Shown piece after piece: positions 39,463-51,776 of a stretch of 64,000 nucleotides of DNA. The stretch is from Anthoceros angustus (lineage: Eukaryota > Plantae > Anthocerotophyta). The stretch is from assembly GCA_010909165.1 (NCBI GenBank), contig MU008158.1, positions 308,581-372,580 of the forward strand, in the 5' to 3' direction. Every line of letters begins with the position of its first letter. Positions within the stretch are counted from its first letter, which is position 1. Below the pieces are notes generated by a model, which saw only the letters and a program-made list of their open reading frames with translations, was not told where the DNA came from and did no database searches. Position numbers and translations under genes: made by a program.

Positions 39463-42112
39463 ATGGGGGATACTCCCCGGAAGGTCCTGGTTGTTTCAGC
39501 TGGAGCCAGCCATTCCGTCGCACTCTTGTGTAATGCCCTTTGCCACCAGCAGTTCTGTGGTGTTCCGGAATTGTCTTTCGCTTCCCTCTGTGGCGTGGCG
39601 TAGTGTGGATTCCACAGCTCTGTGTCTTCCTCTAGGAGTAGAGCCTGGCAGAATCCGTGCTGCCCCGCCGCAGCCTGGGTGGTTGCCGAATGTGGTAGCT
39701 TGGTCCTTGAGACCAGCAATCTGACTCATCGGGTCTTAGCTGTTGTACCGTCCTATTGGATGCAATTCTGAAGCTGTTCTCATGTGAGAGGGTTTGTTGT
39801 TTTCGTGCCCAGGCTGATGTGTGTCCTTCCATCTGCAGCTGGGTATCTTGTGGCGGCGTGGGGACGAGGAGAAGATGGGCAGCTGGGGCATGGAGATGCT
39901 GCCGAGAGGCATGTGCCAACCATTATAAGCGCACTGAATGAGTGCAAGATCACTTCTGTTACGTGTGGTGCAGATCATACGACTGCATGCTCTGAGAGGC
40001 AATCCACGGTTTGGAGTTGGGGCTGGTGAGTGCAGGCATCCTTCTGTGGGTTTTGCTCTTTTGCTTTTCCGTCAATAGTCACAACGCACTTATTCAAGGT
40101 GTTTCAAATCTAGGGGAGACTTTGGGAGGCTGGGGCATGGCAACTCCAGTGATCTTTTCATCCCACAACCCATCAAGGGTTTACAGGGGTTAATAATCAA
40201 ACAGATTGCATGCGGGGACAGCCACTGTCTAGCAATCACTGCAGATGGTGAAGTCCACAGGTATTGCTTGCCCCACGACTGCTATCTTTTTCACCTTGCT
40301 TGTGGGAGCTGACTTCTGGGCTTGATGTGATGTGAAGCTGGGGTCGCAATCAGAATGGGCAACTCGGCCTTGGAACCACAGATGATGCCCTTGTGCCGCA
40401 GAAAGTGCTAGCCTTCGAGGTGTGCATTGGATTCTCCTGCCGTTGTTGCTGCACTGCCTTCCATAATGTTAGATCACACGTAAGTAGACAAACTCTGACA
40501 AAGCACTAAACTATGTCTGTCCACTCTTCCGCAGGGGATACCTGTCAAGATGTTGGCTGCAGGAGCAGAGCATACAGCCGCTGTCACTGAGAGTGGCAAA
40601 CTCTTTGGATGGGGTTGGGGCAGATATGGAAACCTCGGTCTCGGGGATCGGACAGATCGCCTTGTTCCTGGTGAAGTGGCAGCTGTGAAGGTGCGTTGTT
40701 CTCGCAATCGTAGCGCCGTGCCGCTATTTGATTGCCTGAAGTGAGTTGGAGTGCTGTCTGATACACGCCGTGTCAACTACCAGGGAGAAAAGATGAATCT
40801 CGTAGCATGCGGCTGGCGACATACTATTGCAGTGGCTGAGTCTGGGAACCTGTATACCTTTGGGTGGAGCAAGTACGGACAGTTAGGCCATGGGGATCAC
40901 GAGGATCATCTGATTCCTCATCAAGTGGCGGCGCTAAAAGATACCCACATTGCTCAGGTTTGGAATGTTTTAAAAATCATGTCAAGTTTGTGGGGTCGGA
41001 AGGAGGATGCACTTCTGTTCAGTGGAGTGCCTCAAATGTTCAGGCTGTTTTGTTTGCACACAGATATCAGGAGGATGGAGGCATACTGTTGCACTGGCCC
41101 GTAATGGCAAACTCTACGGATGGGGTTGGAACAAGGTTAGCACAGTGGTTTTGTGACTTGAGATGGCTTCCTTCTCAACTTCTGCTCCAGTATGACGGCC
41201 CACGGGTTGAACTTAGGCCTTCTTACGTTTTTCCAGGGCATCGTTTTAAACATGCAGTCGTGCTTTCTGTGCAGTTTGGTCAGGTTGGTTGTGGCAACAC
41301 TGAGGATCAGAATAGCCCGCAACTCCTGAAGTCCCTGATTGACCAGGTCTGTGGACCATTTCCTCCTCGCGGGCTCTGAATCATGCAATCCAGATCCACT
41401 TCCCTTCTCCTAAGACTGCTTTCGGCTCGCAGAACATTGTGCAAGTCTCATGCGGATGGAGGCACACGATAGCGATCTCCGACCGGGGAAATGTTTATTC
41501 ATGGGGTCGAGGAACCAGTGGTCAGCTAGGACATGGAGATGTTGTGGACAGGTCATTTGCGATTCTTGATTGTAAGCCATTGTCGTAAGGGTTTCAGGAA
41601 CTGACCCTGACTTGGATGATCTAGGTGTATACCCAAGCGCATAGAAGCCCTCAGCGCAGATGGACTCGCATGTCAGCAAATCGAAACTTCACGATCGAAC
41701 TCTGCTAAAGGTTAGTGCCGTCTCGTCGAATCCATGCCCGGGCTCGAATCCTTTCAGTTTCACAGTTGGAGTCTCATGTTTTCTCTCTTCACGGCCTCGG
41801 CAGCTTCGAACTGGATCTCCCCTTCAGAAAGGTACGCCGTGGTGCCTGATGAAACGGTGAAAACACTCTCCAGAAAACTTCACACGACGGCAAACGTTCG
41901 AGAATCTCCAGAGAAGAAGGTGCGCTTCATTCTGTCCATCGAACAAACCAGAACCTATGGTGTCGTTCTTCCACAACTGAATGAAGTCCATGCAGGTTCA
42001 GGCGTTCCCACAGGTCTCCACAGTCACTGAGGAATCAGTGGGAAGCTCAGCTGCTGAGGCAAGTGATGCAAGTGTTCCGGAGACAGAGGGAAAGCGGTTG
42101 CGGACGGGATGA
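39463..42112 (+). CDS. UVR8: UV-B photoreceptor UVR8 (RCC1-like beta-propeller), about 12 exons
   Basis: [17 protein letters not shown]; [10 protein letters not shown]; [18 protein letters not shown]; [21 protein letters not shown]; three GWRHT motifs (tryptophan triad); C27 region [15 protein letters not shown]; ends [15 protein letters not shown] at 42110-42112. Confidence 0.97.
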
Positions 42113-42500
42113 ACAGGGTGGCCACAAGAGTGAAGCGTACACCAGGATCAGTAACCATGGTTTCCCGTCTACTTGGATGTGGCAAGAAGGAGAGGCCTTA
42201 ACGAGAGAGTGGTCGTCCACTAGATAGCTTGGCGTGTGCAATGGATTCTGCTCCAAAGATTTGTCACTCTGCAGCGTTGGATGTGTGCAAGAAGGTTCAC
42301 GCAGGTGGACGGCCATTTTCACCTTTTCGCGCCTTCAGGTTTGCCGCCTTAGTTCCTAGTATTTGGTGCGGATTTTGGCTTGTGCGTCTACGTAGGTGGA
42401 CAAGTCTCTTCCTCCCATGTGCCCTCTGCCCTCCGCCTTCTGCCCTCTGCCGTCTGCCCTCAGCATTTGTTCACGCCCCCGGGCAGTGTTATTGTCGTAC

Positions 42501-42543
42501 GGGATAGGGTTTCATATCTCCGGGATAGGGTTTCATATCTCCG
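42501..42543. repeat. Perfect 21-bp tandem duplication (gggatagggtttcatatctcc x2)
   Basis: Seen directly. Confidence 0.85.
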
Positions 42544-42753
42544 TCTACATCGTTTATATGCAAATTGGTGGAAACCACGATAGTACCTAAATATTGTCAG
42601 TTCTTGCGTAGCCGAAAGGTAATCCGAGACTTCTTTGGAACCCAAATACACACTCCCTCTGCTTCTCTCGCTGCTTTCAAAACTAAAATATATAAGACAA
42701 GGATATCCGAATCCGTTCGTATTTAGCATATAGGCTAGGCGGTGCTCCTCGAT

Positions 42754-42899
42754 TCTCTTGGTGTGGTATGCTAGCTCGCATAGGTTTCAGTTTTCGGAAA
42801 ATTAGTTTAAGTCTCTTGGTGGGGCATGCAAGCTCGCATAGGTTAATAGAGTCCACGATTTTGGATTCTCTTGGTGGGGGATGCTAGCTCGCATTGGTT
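42754..42899. repeat. Three 33-bp direct repeats separated by dissimilar 25- and 22-bp spacers
   Basis: tctcttggtgKggNatgcWagctcgcatWggtt at 42754-42786, 42812-42844 and 42867-42899. Confidence 0.85.
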
Positions 42900-43978
42900 A
42901 TAAAACAATGTGGAACCAAATGAACAGATCTTCACTTGCGGGGAGTGGGCCAGAGACCCACCTACAACACCCAACATCTATATGGCCCGTTCAAGATGCC
43001 TTGCCTATTGTAATCATGTTTGTTTTATAATGATATGGACAGAAAGCCTTGTGCCAATCAGTTGTTTGATAGCATCATGCAAAACTTGATGGCGGTTGAT
43101 TGTTCGGTAGTATAATGGAAATCCAAGTTATGTGGTAGTAGCATAAAAAAAATAAAAAATCCCATAGATAACCTTATGCCATACGTTGTAGGTAGCATAA
43201 TGAGAAGTCCCATACCAGTCGGTTGCATGGTACTAAATGATAACAGAAAGTCATATAATTTAGGTTATCCAGAAAACCTAATGGATCGTAGACATTCATA
43301 AAGCCTAATGTATGATAGACATTTCGAGAGTGTGAGAATGTACCTGTTGCCAATTTTGTGGTATCACAATGAAGGATGAGGATGCAAATCGTGGCGCAAT
43401 TCAAAGTCCACCTAGCCTTGTAACCTAATTGATAGAGACCGATACCACACATTTTGACGTTGCATTTCAAGCTCGTGCCTTTGTGCTCCTCTGTCGTGCG
43501 AGTGCCACTAAGCGTCATGAATACCACAAAGACTAGTTACTACAAGCTAGCAGGAAGGCTACAAACCAAAAGCGAACTACACACATTTGCATAGACTGCA
43601 GCATAGACTTCCCCCCCTAGCTGTCCGATATGGCCACAACGATGACGGCGGCAGGGTAAGCAAAACAAACAAAAGCCAGCACAACACACAAGTACAGCAG
43701 GTCGGGCACTGGTGCAAGGTGATGATCGGAGTAGAGACACAAAACAATATGGCTGACAACAGTACCCAAATGAGATTAACCTGCACAACAGGCCGAACAA
43801 GTTGAGCAATACCAAGCTTGCTGTGGAACTTCGGTTAAGGGAGGCTACAAACAGAAGAGTTGAAAGCCTCTGTTGCAATGGTCATATAGCAGCATACGAT
43901 CTTCATCGTCCACCCGGCTGCAAATCTCACATGCTAAATCCGGGAGTGGTCACCACATGGTGGGGCGAATCTCTACAT

Positions 43979-46092
43979 CTAAATTAGGCAGATGACAAGT
44001 GCCAAATTCTTCAAATGCTCATGCCATGTACGTCCATCGGAGCCCTCCAACTCCACAACGCCAGAATCACGTACAGCAACCACTAGCATGATGATGCGAT
44101 CCGTGCCTACATCCAATGTGTCAGCAGGCTGTTGAGCAAGGAACACATAGTCACCTGGTTCAAAACGACGAGCCTTGGGTTTCCAACTCCCTCCACGTAT
44201 GTGCGCATAGCACAATTTGTCCCTGTGCTGAGCAATGGCGAGATTATCCATGGTCATTGGCATGATGTGTTGGAACAAAGTAGCACACTTCTGCAGCTCT
44301 TTGACACAATTATCCAGATCAGTCCAAGACAAGTGCTGCTCCATAGCACCTTGCTTGACATTAGGTAGTTGTGGGTGATGGCCAAACAACAAAAAGTATG
44401 GTGAAAAGTTGGCTAACGCAGCTTGCTTGCTGACCCGATAACCAAGTAACAAATAGGGCAGCATGTCATCCCAATCTTTGGAGTCCTTCTACAAAAAAAT
44501 AGTGCCAGCACCTGAACAGCGAGAGCAACTAATTCGTCAAGTGCATGAGGAGTTAGGGCATTTTGGTGTCAAACGAACTTATAGCACGCTCGCACCTAAG
44601 TATTGCTGGGCTGCCATGCACAAAATGGTTCAAGATGTGGTCACCAAATGTGTGCACTGCAACCGCATCAAAGCTCGATTCACAGCCAAAGATACGATCT
44701 TGCATTTTTTGCCGATCAAAGGCTTGTTTTATCGCTGGGGGGTTGACTTGTTACCTAAATTGCCCGGGACTTCCAAAGGCAATAAGCACAACATGGTGAT
44801 GGTGGAGTATTTTAGCAAATGGATAGAAGTTGCTGTTTTCCGGAGAAGACCAGCAAGAACACGGCTGCAGCCTCCCTGCATTGTGTTCTTTCCAAGTTTG
44901 GCGCATGTGCCGAGGTCGTTACTGATCAAGGTTCGGAGTTTCGAGGTGATTTTCAGCAACTCATGGACAGGGCCTTAATTGATCATCGTCGCACAAGACG
45001 TGATCACCGTGATCAGGCTGATGGCTTGGCTGAACGCAATGTGCAAACCATTAAGAGGGCTTTGCGGAAGCACACCCCCCAGCTTGTACGAGCAGCAGTT
45101 GTCCTGCCTCCCACATGTATCTTTTGGCCCTGTGCTGCAAATTGTCTCGTTTCGTGCTGCCTAAATCAGCTGGAAATTGACTGTCTGCACATAAACAAGT
45201 AGTGGAGCATCCTTCCAGACATCTCGTATACAAGTTGTTTGCATAACATACAGTTCTTCATCAAGCTCGAAGAGTGTCAACATGGCTAAGCTGCGACTTG
45301 AGATGACTTGATGCACTTCATCCATCCAATCCCATCGAGCTTCAGTGTAATCGCTGTTGTTGGCCACCGGATTACGTGACAATGAATCAGCATTCATGTG
45401 CAACTTTCCTGCTCGATGCATAACCACAAAATCAAACTCCTGTAAGATCATGGCCCATCTGGCCAGTTTACCTATGAGTTTAGTATTGGTCATCAACCAA
45501 TACAAGGGTTGGTGATCGGTCGCTAACTCAAACTTCCTACATACTCGAAATGCAAGACACCCCAATCTGTTGCCAACGGTTCTCCTTCATAGGAACCATA
45601 ATTGGCCTCTACAGCATTCGTACTTCTGCTAGCATAGGCAATCGGATGTTCCTCTCCATCGTCAAACTGCTGTGCCAGCACTGCACCAAGTCCCAGCTTG
45701 CACCAATCCGTATACAACAAGAATGACAAGCTAAAATCAGGCCTCCGTAGCACAAAGGAAGCCCTGCTGTAAGAATCTGCTGGATCTATCAATTCCGCTA
45801 CTTCATAAGCTTGTGCCAATGTATATTTCTGCCCTCTAGTAGACCACAAAGCTGTGGTTACCTTCTCTCTCAACTTGTATGTTAGACATTGCAAAAACGT
45901 CTCTGTTGCTTGCTTCTCACTATAGATCTCCGTGTCAGGTACAAGCTTCTCCGACCTCCTATACATCATCTTCAATGTTTCACCTTGCTTTCTTGTGAAG
46001 TGTGTCAACTCTTGAATCTTCTCCGCTGAGGTCTTTGGAAACTTATCACCTTGTTCTGACGAGCTGCAGAGGGTACACGCATGTTGCTCCAA
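43979..46092 (-). mobile_element. Ty3/gypsy LTR-retrotransposon relic (gag fragment, RNase H, integrase) with an internally inverted integrase segment
   Basis: Minus strand: gag-like RKQGETLKMMY; RNase H LYTDWCKLGLGAVLAQ…IAYASRS…TDHQPL…LARWAMILQEFDF…NADSLSR; integrase C-terminus DWDDMLPYLLLGYR…FSPYFLLFG…FEPGDYV. Plus strand about 44493-45071: HHCC (HEELGH…CVHC) and core WGVD…VVTDQGSEF…GLAERNVQTIK. RT is largely deleted and LTRs were not identified. Confidence 0.9.
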
Positions 46093-46786
46093 GGGCTCCT
46101 GAAACAGTCCCGCAAGCGAGCTGCACGAGAGAACCTAGTTCTTCATTGCTGCGTATGCCTATGCTGGGCACTGATGTATCTGGAGACATCGCTGTTGCTG
46201 CTTCGAAGTCTATTCATCCTTATTTGGGGCCTATGTTTGTATGTCTGTATTGCTAGTCTTGTGAGTCTCTTGTGATGGGCACGTTTTTTATTTTTATATA
46301 TTTTATAACGCCTAAATATTCTCTAAAGCCCAGATATTCTCAAAAAGTAGAAAAACAAGCTTGTGGGGAAGAAAGAGCCAAATAGTTCAAAGGAAGGGAG
46401 TTGCAAGCTGTGCAATGTGGATACCAAGGCAAAGGGTGGGGCACACTAGCAATAACACTAGACAAGTACTATTGCAAATTGTTTTATCATATTGGTAAAA
46501 TCAAAAGTCTATCTTCTCACAATGGGCACGTTTTTTCTTAGTCTTAAACTAAATACGATTCATGAAATGGACTCTTAATTAATGAGATTCTCTCGGCTCA
46601 CGAGTATGTACATCATTTCCTATAAAAACTTTATTATAATCGATGGTTCATGTACCACATTATTGAAAAGATCATATTCACTAATAATAATTATTTAATT
46701 TTTTACCTGATAAATATAAAAGAAATATATATCATATTTTCTTCCTAAAAAAGATTTATAACAGACTGGGATTGGACAGGAATGGT

Positions 46787-47223
46787 CAGGGTGTCATTTT
46801 GACCCCGTCCCAAGCTCGGTCCCGGTCCCGGCATGTGTTAAAAAAAACATGGGACCGGAGGTTCTTCAAGAGTCCGGTCCCCACCCTCGGTCCCCTATTA
46901 CCCTTGGGGACCGAGGGTTCATAAAAGGTTCGGTTTAAAATTAATAAATTACTTAATTTTATATCCAAGGACTTATATTTAATATGGACACATGGACATC
47001 TTATCATGGACGCAGTTTGCAGTCTGCCGGCTGGGCTGCAATCTGCGGACTCCGCAGTCTGCAGTCTTTTATATTATTATTTATAAATTATTTATTTAAT
47101 ATTTATTATATTTAATGACCAAGGGTCGCAAAAAGGCACGGTCCCTGCTCGGTCCGGGACCGAGCGTAGCCAGGCTAGGCGGTCCCGGGGACTGAGCTAG
47201 TACTCGGTCAAAATGACACCCTG
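46787..47223. mobile_element. MITE / non-autonomous TIR element, 437 bp
   Basis: Perfect 18-bp TIR cagggtgtcattttgacc (46787-46804) / ggtcaaaatgacaccctg (47206-47223). Repeated subterminal cggtccc/gggaccg motifs and AT-rich internal tracts. TSD ambiguous (atggt/atgga, or tgg/tgg with a 19-bp TIR). Confidence 0.88.
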
Positions 47224-47888
47224 ATGGACATGTGTATGACGAGAAGTGAAAACACAGAGGAAACCAGAATGCCTTGCCTTAAGAAACGGGGACGGACTGT
47301 TCCAAAGAGAAGCTCACCCACTCGTGCCGTACCAGCAGTGGTCTCACCAACCCTTCGGGAAGACCCTAAAGTAAAAGAAGACCCTAAATGCAGCCTTGGG
47401 TTACGGATGGTCGTAGTCTATGTACGTGAGTTTGACCGTCCAGTGTGAAGAGTGACGATTTGTCGCTTCGTAAATGGCGAAGAGCAAGACAAAGTGGGGC
47501 GGCGTCCGGGGTCCGGAGTCCGGCGTTCTTCATCAGCGACTTGACCAGGGCAGATGGTGGCTAACGTGACCATATGTCTGTTGACGCCGTTATCGCAAGT
47601 TCCTGTGGGCGCTACGATGGATGGAATGAGAAAGCTGTGCATTCAGTGTGCTGGTACGGCAGCGCCTGAGCGTGACAGCTACAAGCATCGCGGGACTCTT
47701 GTGTCACGCACGCAGTGATGGGAAACGTGCAGCATCGGCCCATGTGCGTGTATGCAGCAATGGCTAATGTCACACGCAGTCCAATCCAGAGGCTCGATTC
47801 GCTCGCGCAGGCTCCAGAGAGCCTGAGAGCCTGAGTGCCTGAGTGGACGAGTGCCCGAGTGCCCGAGTGCCAGAGTGCCTGAGCTGAG

Positions 47889-50100
47889 ATGAACGGGGGT
47901 GCGGGCACGCCTGCTGGAGGTCCTGGTGACGAAGAGGGAGGAGCTCGCATTTCTCCGGACCCGGCCCATGGCGATGCCAGTGCCGAGGGAGGTGTGGACA
48001 GCAGGAGAGCGGACATTCTTGGGAAGCCCCACATCAACTACGCCACAGCGTCGTGGCTGGAGATTTTGAAGAACAGTATGTGGCACGGCGGGTCTGTGTA
48101 CGATGCTTGGCTCACCGCGACGTCGGCTCAGGTGGGTATCGTCATCTCAAGCAACGTCCCCAGCGGGCTGATAGGGACCGGTCCTGGATGGGACGGGATG
48201 GGATGGGATGGGATGGGAGGCACTCATTAGTTGGAGTTGTGGCCTTGTTTAGGTGGGGTCTGTGATTCTCACGCTCCCTTACACTTTGTCTCAAATGGGA
48301 TACGGGTACGGGATTAGCTTCCAATTTTTGTATGGGGCGTTCGGAATCTGGACGGTGTTTCTCCTGTCCTGGTTGTACTCGGAGTTCATTTCGCGGAGAG
48401 CAAGTTCAGGGTTGAATTTCCACGACAGGCATGTGGTGCAGGTGTGGTGGTCGACCCGCGTACTCTGGGTGGTGAAGTTGCAGTTTGTGTGCTTTTTCTG
48501 TTCTGATGGAAATCTGCGTGTCCGTTGCCCTGGAAGTGCCACAGTACCATGAGATCATAGGTGGGTTGGTGGCCAAGTGGGCGGGTAGAGTGGTGGTGAC
48601 CATCAACATGGTGTACCTCATCTTCGCCTGCACCTTGCAGTTGATCGCCTGTTCCAGGTAATGCATGGTTGATTATGCGCCTGAGGTTCAGTGCTAGGGA
48701 GCAGAGGAAGTGCCTGACTGTGTGGATTGAAATTGCCACTGTACAGCAATATCTACTACATGGATGACCGATGGGACAAGAGGCAGTGGCTCTACTTGTT
48801 TGGGGCTATTGCCATTCCGTCAGTGCTTATACCCACGCTCCATAACTTTCGGATCGTGTCCCTGCTCGGCATCCTCACCACCAGCTACACCTCTGCCTAC
48901 TTGACCAGGACCGCATTACATCGTGGCCAGGTTAGTGCTGGCCCAGTGCTTTTCGCACACTGCACTGCAGCATGATGGTAGCTGTGTGTGTGCAGGCGAC
49001 GCTCCTATAACGCAAAGGTCGTGTTGTGGTTGCCAGATCCAACCAGTGACACACCAGGGGCCCAAGGACCTGGTGCAGTTCTTCTCGGGTGCCACAAACA
49101 TCCTATTCGCCTACGGAAGCCACGGACTGGCTGTGTGAGTGACAGGCTTGGATGGCGGCTCTTCTGTTAACAAGACGCTGTTTTTCATACCGCTCTTTCT
49201 CGGAACGGTGGTCTGATCTGTTTTCTGTGATGGCTGGCTTCTGTAGAGAGATCATGGAGGCTATGTGGAAGCCTAAGAACTACAAATACGCCTACACAGC
49301 TGCAGTGGCTTACACTTACCTGCTCACCCTGCCGGACTCCATATCCGTGTACTGGGCCTACGGGGACTACATGCTTACACACTCCAATGCTTTCGCAGTT
49401 CTGCCTCCTTCCCCCGAGAAAAATGTGGCCATCATCGCCATGATTCTGCACCAGGTGAGTCCAGTCTTGTGGTTGCTCAAGAGGCTGGCTGGCTGGCTGG
49501 CTGGCTGGCATTTTCGATTCTGTGGCACCCACTCATCATGCTGCTGCCGCCTGTTGCATGCAGCTGGCCTCCTTCATGACCAATATCATGCCCATCTTCT
49601 TCTTTTGGGAGAAGGTGCTAGGAATCCACACATCCAAGAACGTGTACTGGCGGCGGTCCTTCAGCAGAATCCCCATCGTCCTGATCGTGTGGTTCTTCGC
49701 CCTCGCCATACCCTTCTTCGGCCCTATCAACTCCATGATGGGAGCTTTCCTGATTTCCTTCACCGTGTACATCATTCCCAGCGCCTCCTTCTTGTACTTA
49801 TACCGAACTCCGAAGGCCCGTCAGGTAGTAACCTGCCAGCTGCCCCGCTTCCCACGCTCATCTGCCGCTCTGCTGTGCACTCACCAGCGTTGTGGTTCCG
49901 TGCAGGCATCCGTCTGGAAACCTCCGCTGTTCCTGACCTGGAACATTTTGTTTGTCATCTGTGTGATCCAAGCGCTTTGGGTTTTCGTGGTCGGCTTTGG
50001 TTTTGGAGGTTGGGCCAGCGGTACCAACTTCATCCGACAGATTCATAACTTTGGCTTGTTCGACGCATGCTATCAGTGCCCTACTAAGACAAAACCTTAA
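47889..50100 (+). CDS. AUX1/LAX-family amino acid/auxin permease, divergent member, about 8 exons
   Basis: WHGGSVYDAW…LTLPY; HVVQYHEII; QLIACSSNIYYMDDRWDKRQW; PTLHNFRI; ATNILFAYGSHGLAVEIMEAMWKP; SVYWAYGD; PFFGPINS; FGFGGWAS; FGLFDACYQCP. Confidence 0.92.
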
Positions 50101-50612
50101 CTTTGTCTGTGCCTAAACCTACACTGTGTCAGCAGCTATTCGTTACTAATTCACTTTGCTTAACTTTGATCCCTGGGCCATTGTGGATGGGCCTACTGAA
50201 GGGTTGTCCATCAGTCATTGGTGCCAGCGCAGATATGGGAGTCCACTTCGTTTACACAGTGCACGTGTCCCAAGGGGCGTATCTTATTTCAGGCCTGACT
50301 CATTCCAGCGTGATGCCCTTGGCAAAAAGAGACGCTGCTGGCAGGCAAGGAGGTCAGCAATCCTTTGAAGGATGCCGGTTGTTAGTCATCTCTTGGCCTA
50401 CATACAACACTAGCCAGACTTCAGCTAATTTCTAGAGGGCCAACATCGACAAATTGTTACATTACAGGCACCTACAGTCTTCCCACAGGCACACTAAGAA
50501 TACAAAATCTTTACACAAAAATGGGAGGGAAGAGGTGAAGCAGCAACATCATTTGCAGCAACAGAGCTGTTGCCGAACATGTAGTTCAAAGGGAAGCAGA
50601 AATCCACAGCGC

Positions 50613-51776
50613 TTAAGATGCGTTAGCACCAGCAACAATCTCCAAGATCTCTCCCGTGATCTTAGCTTGCCTTTGCCTATTGTACGAGATGGACAGGTTC
50701 TTCTTCAAGTCCGCAGCATTGTCACTAGCATTGTTCATGGCATTCATCCGAGCTGCCAGCTCGCTGGCGATCGACTCCTGGAGTGCACGCAGGATCTGAC
50801 TGTTCAAATACAGCGGCAACAACGCGTCCAATATCTGCACGGGTTCCTGCTCAAACTGCAAAACTCCAGTGAACTCCGGGGTGGGAGTCCTCACGGTTTC
50901 CCTCTCCACGCTGAATTTACCTTCCTTGGTGGTCAGGCGGAACATCTCATCATCGGCAGCATCCACGCAGTTGCCGTTGATGTCACAAACCTCTCCTTGA
51001 GGGGACAAAGGCAACAGAGTGTGAATCACGGGGTCAGACTTGACCAAGGACACGAACTTGGTATAGAGAAGCTCCACCTTGTCCACCTCCTCGCTCACAA
51101 ACAGAGAAAACAGCTCATCGGCAATAACCTGCGCATCCCTAGTGGTAGGAGCGTTCCCGGCATCCAAGAACTTGTCAACCGGGATATGCTCCCGTCTCTT
51201 GAAGTAGGTGTTTCCCTTCTTGCCAATGCTGACTACGGTGAAGGCAACCCCTATTTTCCTCAGCTCCTTCATCCTCTCCTCCGCCTTCTTCAACACATAG
51301 TTGTTGAATCCACCGCACAGTCCCCTGTCCCCTGTGAGCACCACAAGCGCAATCTTCTTCACGGGACGCACTTGCGTGAGCGGGATATCAATGTCCTCGT
51401 TCTGCAGCTGTGAGTTCACGTTGAACAGAACCTTCACCAGGTTCTCGGAGAAGGGACGGCCGTTCACCACGGCCTCCTGCGCCCGCCGCACCTTGGCCGC
51501 GGCCACCAGCTTCATGGCGTCCGTGATCTTCTGCGTGTTCTTCACAGTGGCGATACGGTCTCGCAAGTCCTTCAGACTGCATACCGTCACGGCACGCCCC
51601 GCAGGCCGCTTGCTCTCCAGCTCCGCGCCAAGGTCGCATACCTCCGAGGTGCGCAGCGCCAGCGAGCGGCTGGACAGGCCTTCAAAGGAGCCGAAAGCCT
51701 TCTTGCCGCCGCTCTGCCTCTGCGGGGCGGCAGTGGCCATCGACAGGGATGAGGCACAAGCCATGGCTGCCGCCAT
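50613..51776 (-). CDS. ATPC: Chloroplast ATP synthase gamma subunit, intronless, 387 aa
   Basis: Transit peptide; LKDLRDRIATVKNTQKITDAMKLVAAAK; TGDRGLCGGFN; redox insertion EVCDINGNCVD; ASELAARMNAM; RQAKITGEILEIVAGA. Confidence 0.98.
   Translation of the reverse strand: MAAAMACASSLSMATAAPQRQSGGKKAFGSFEGLSSRSLALRTSEVCDLGAELESKRPAGRAVTVCSLKDLRDRIATVKNTQKITDAMKLVAAAKVRRAQEAVVNGRPFSENLVKVLFNVNSQLQNEDIDIPLTQVRPVKKIALVVLTGDRGLCGGFNNYVLKKAEERMKELRKIGVAFTVVSIGKKGNTYFKRREHIPVDKFLDAGNAPTTRDAQVIADELFSLFVSEEVDKVELLYTKFVSLVKSDPVIHTLLPLSPQGEVCDINGNCVDAADDEMFRLTTKEGKFSVERETVRTPTPEFTGVLQFEQEPVQILDALLPLYLNSQILRALQESIASELAARMNAMNNASDNAADLKKNLSISYNRQRQAKITGEILEIVAGANAS

Noticed and set aside
37398-39729. Many 100-236-aa ORFs upstream of UVR8
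   Set aside because: Generated by microsatellites and GC-rich low-complexity sequence.
42754-42899. Annotating the array as a true CRISPR
   Set aside because: Only three repeats, spacers shorter than the repeats, no cas genes or leader, and a eukaryotic context. Kept as a repeat and a finding.
47400-47880. TGTCNN auxin-response elements upstream of the LAX-like gene
   Set aside because: No canonical TGTCTC or TGTCGG pair with defined spacing; frequency compatible with chance.
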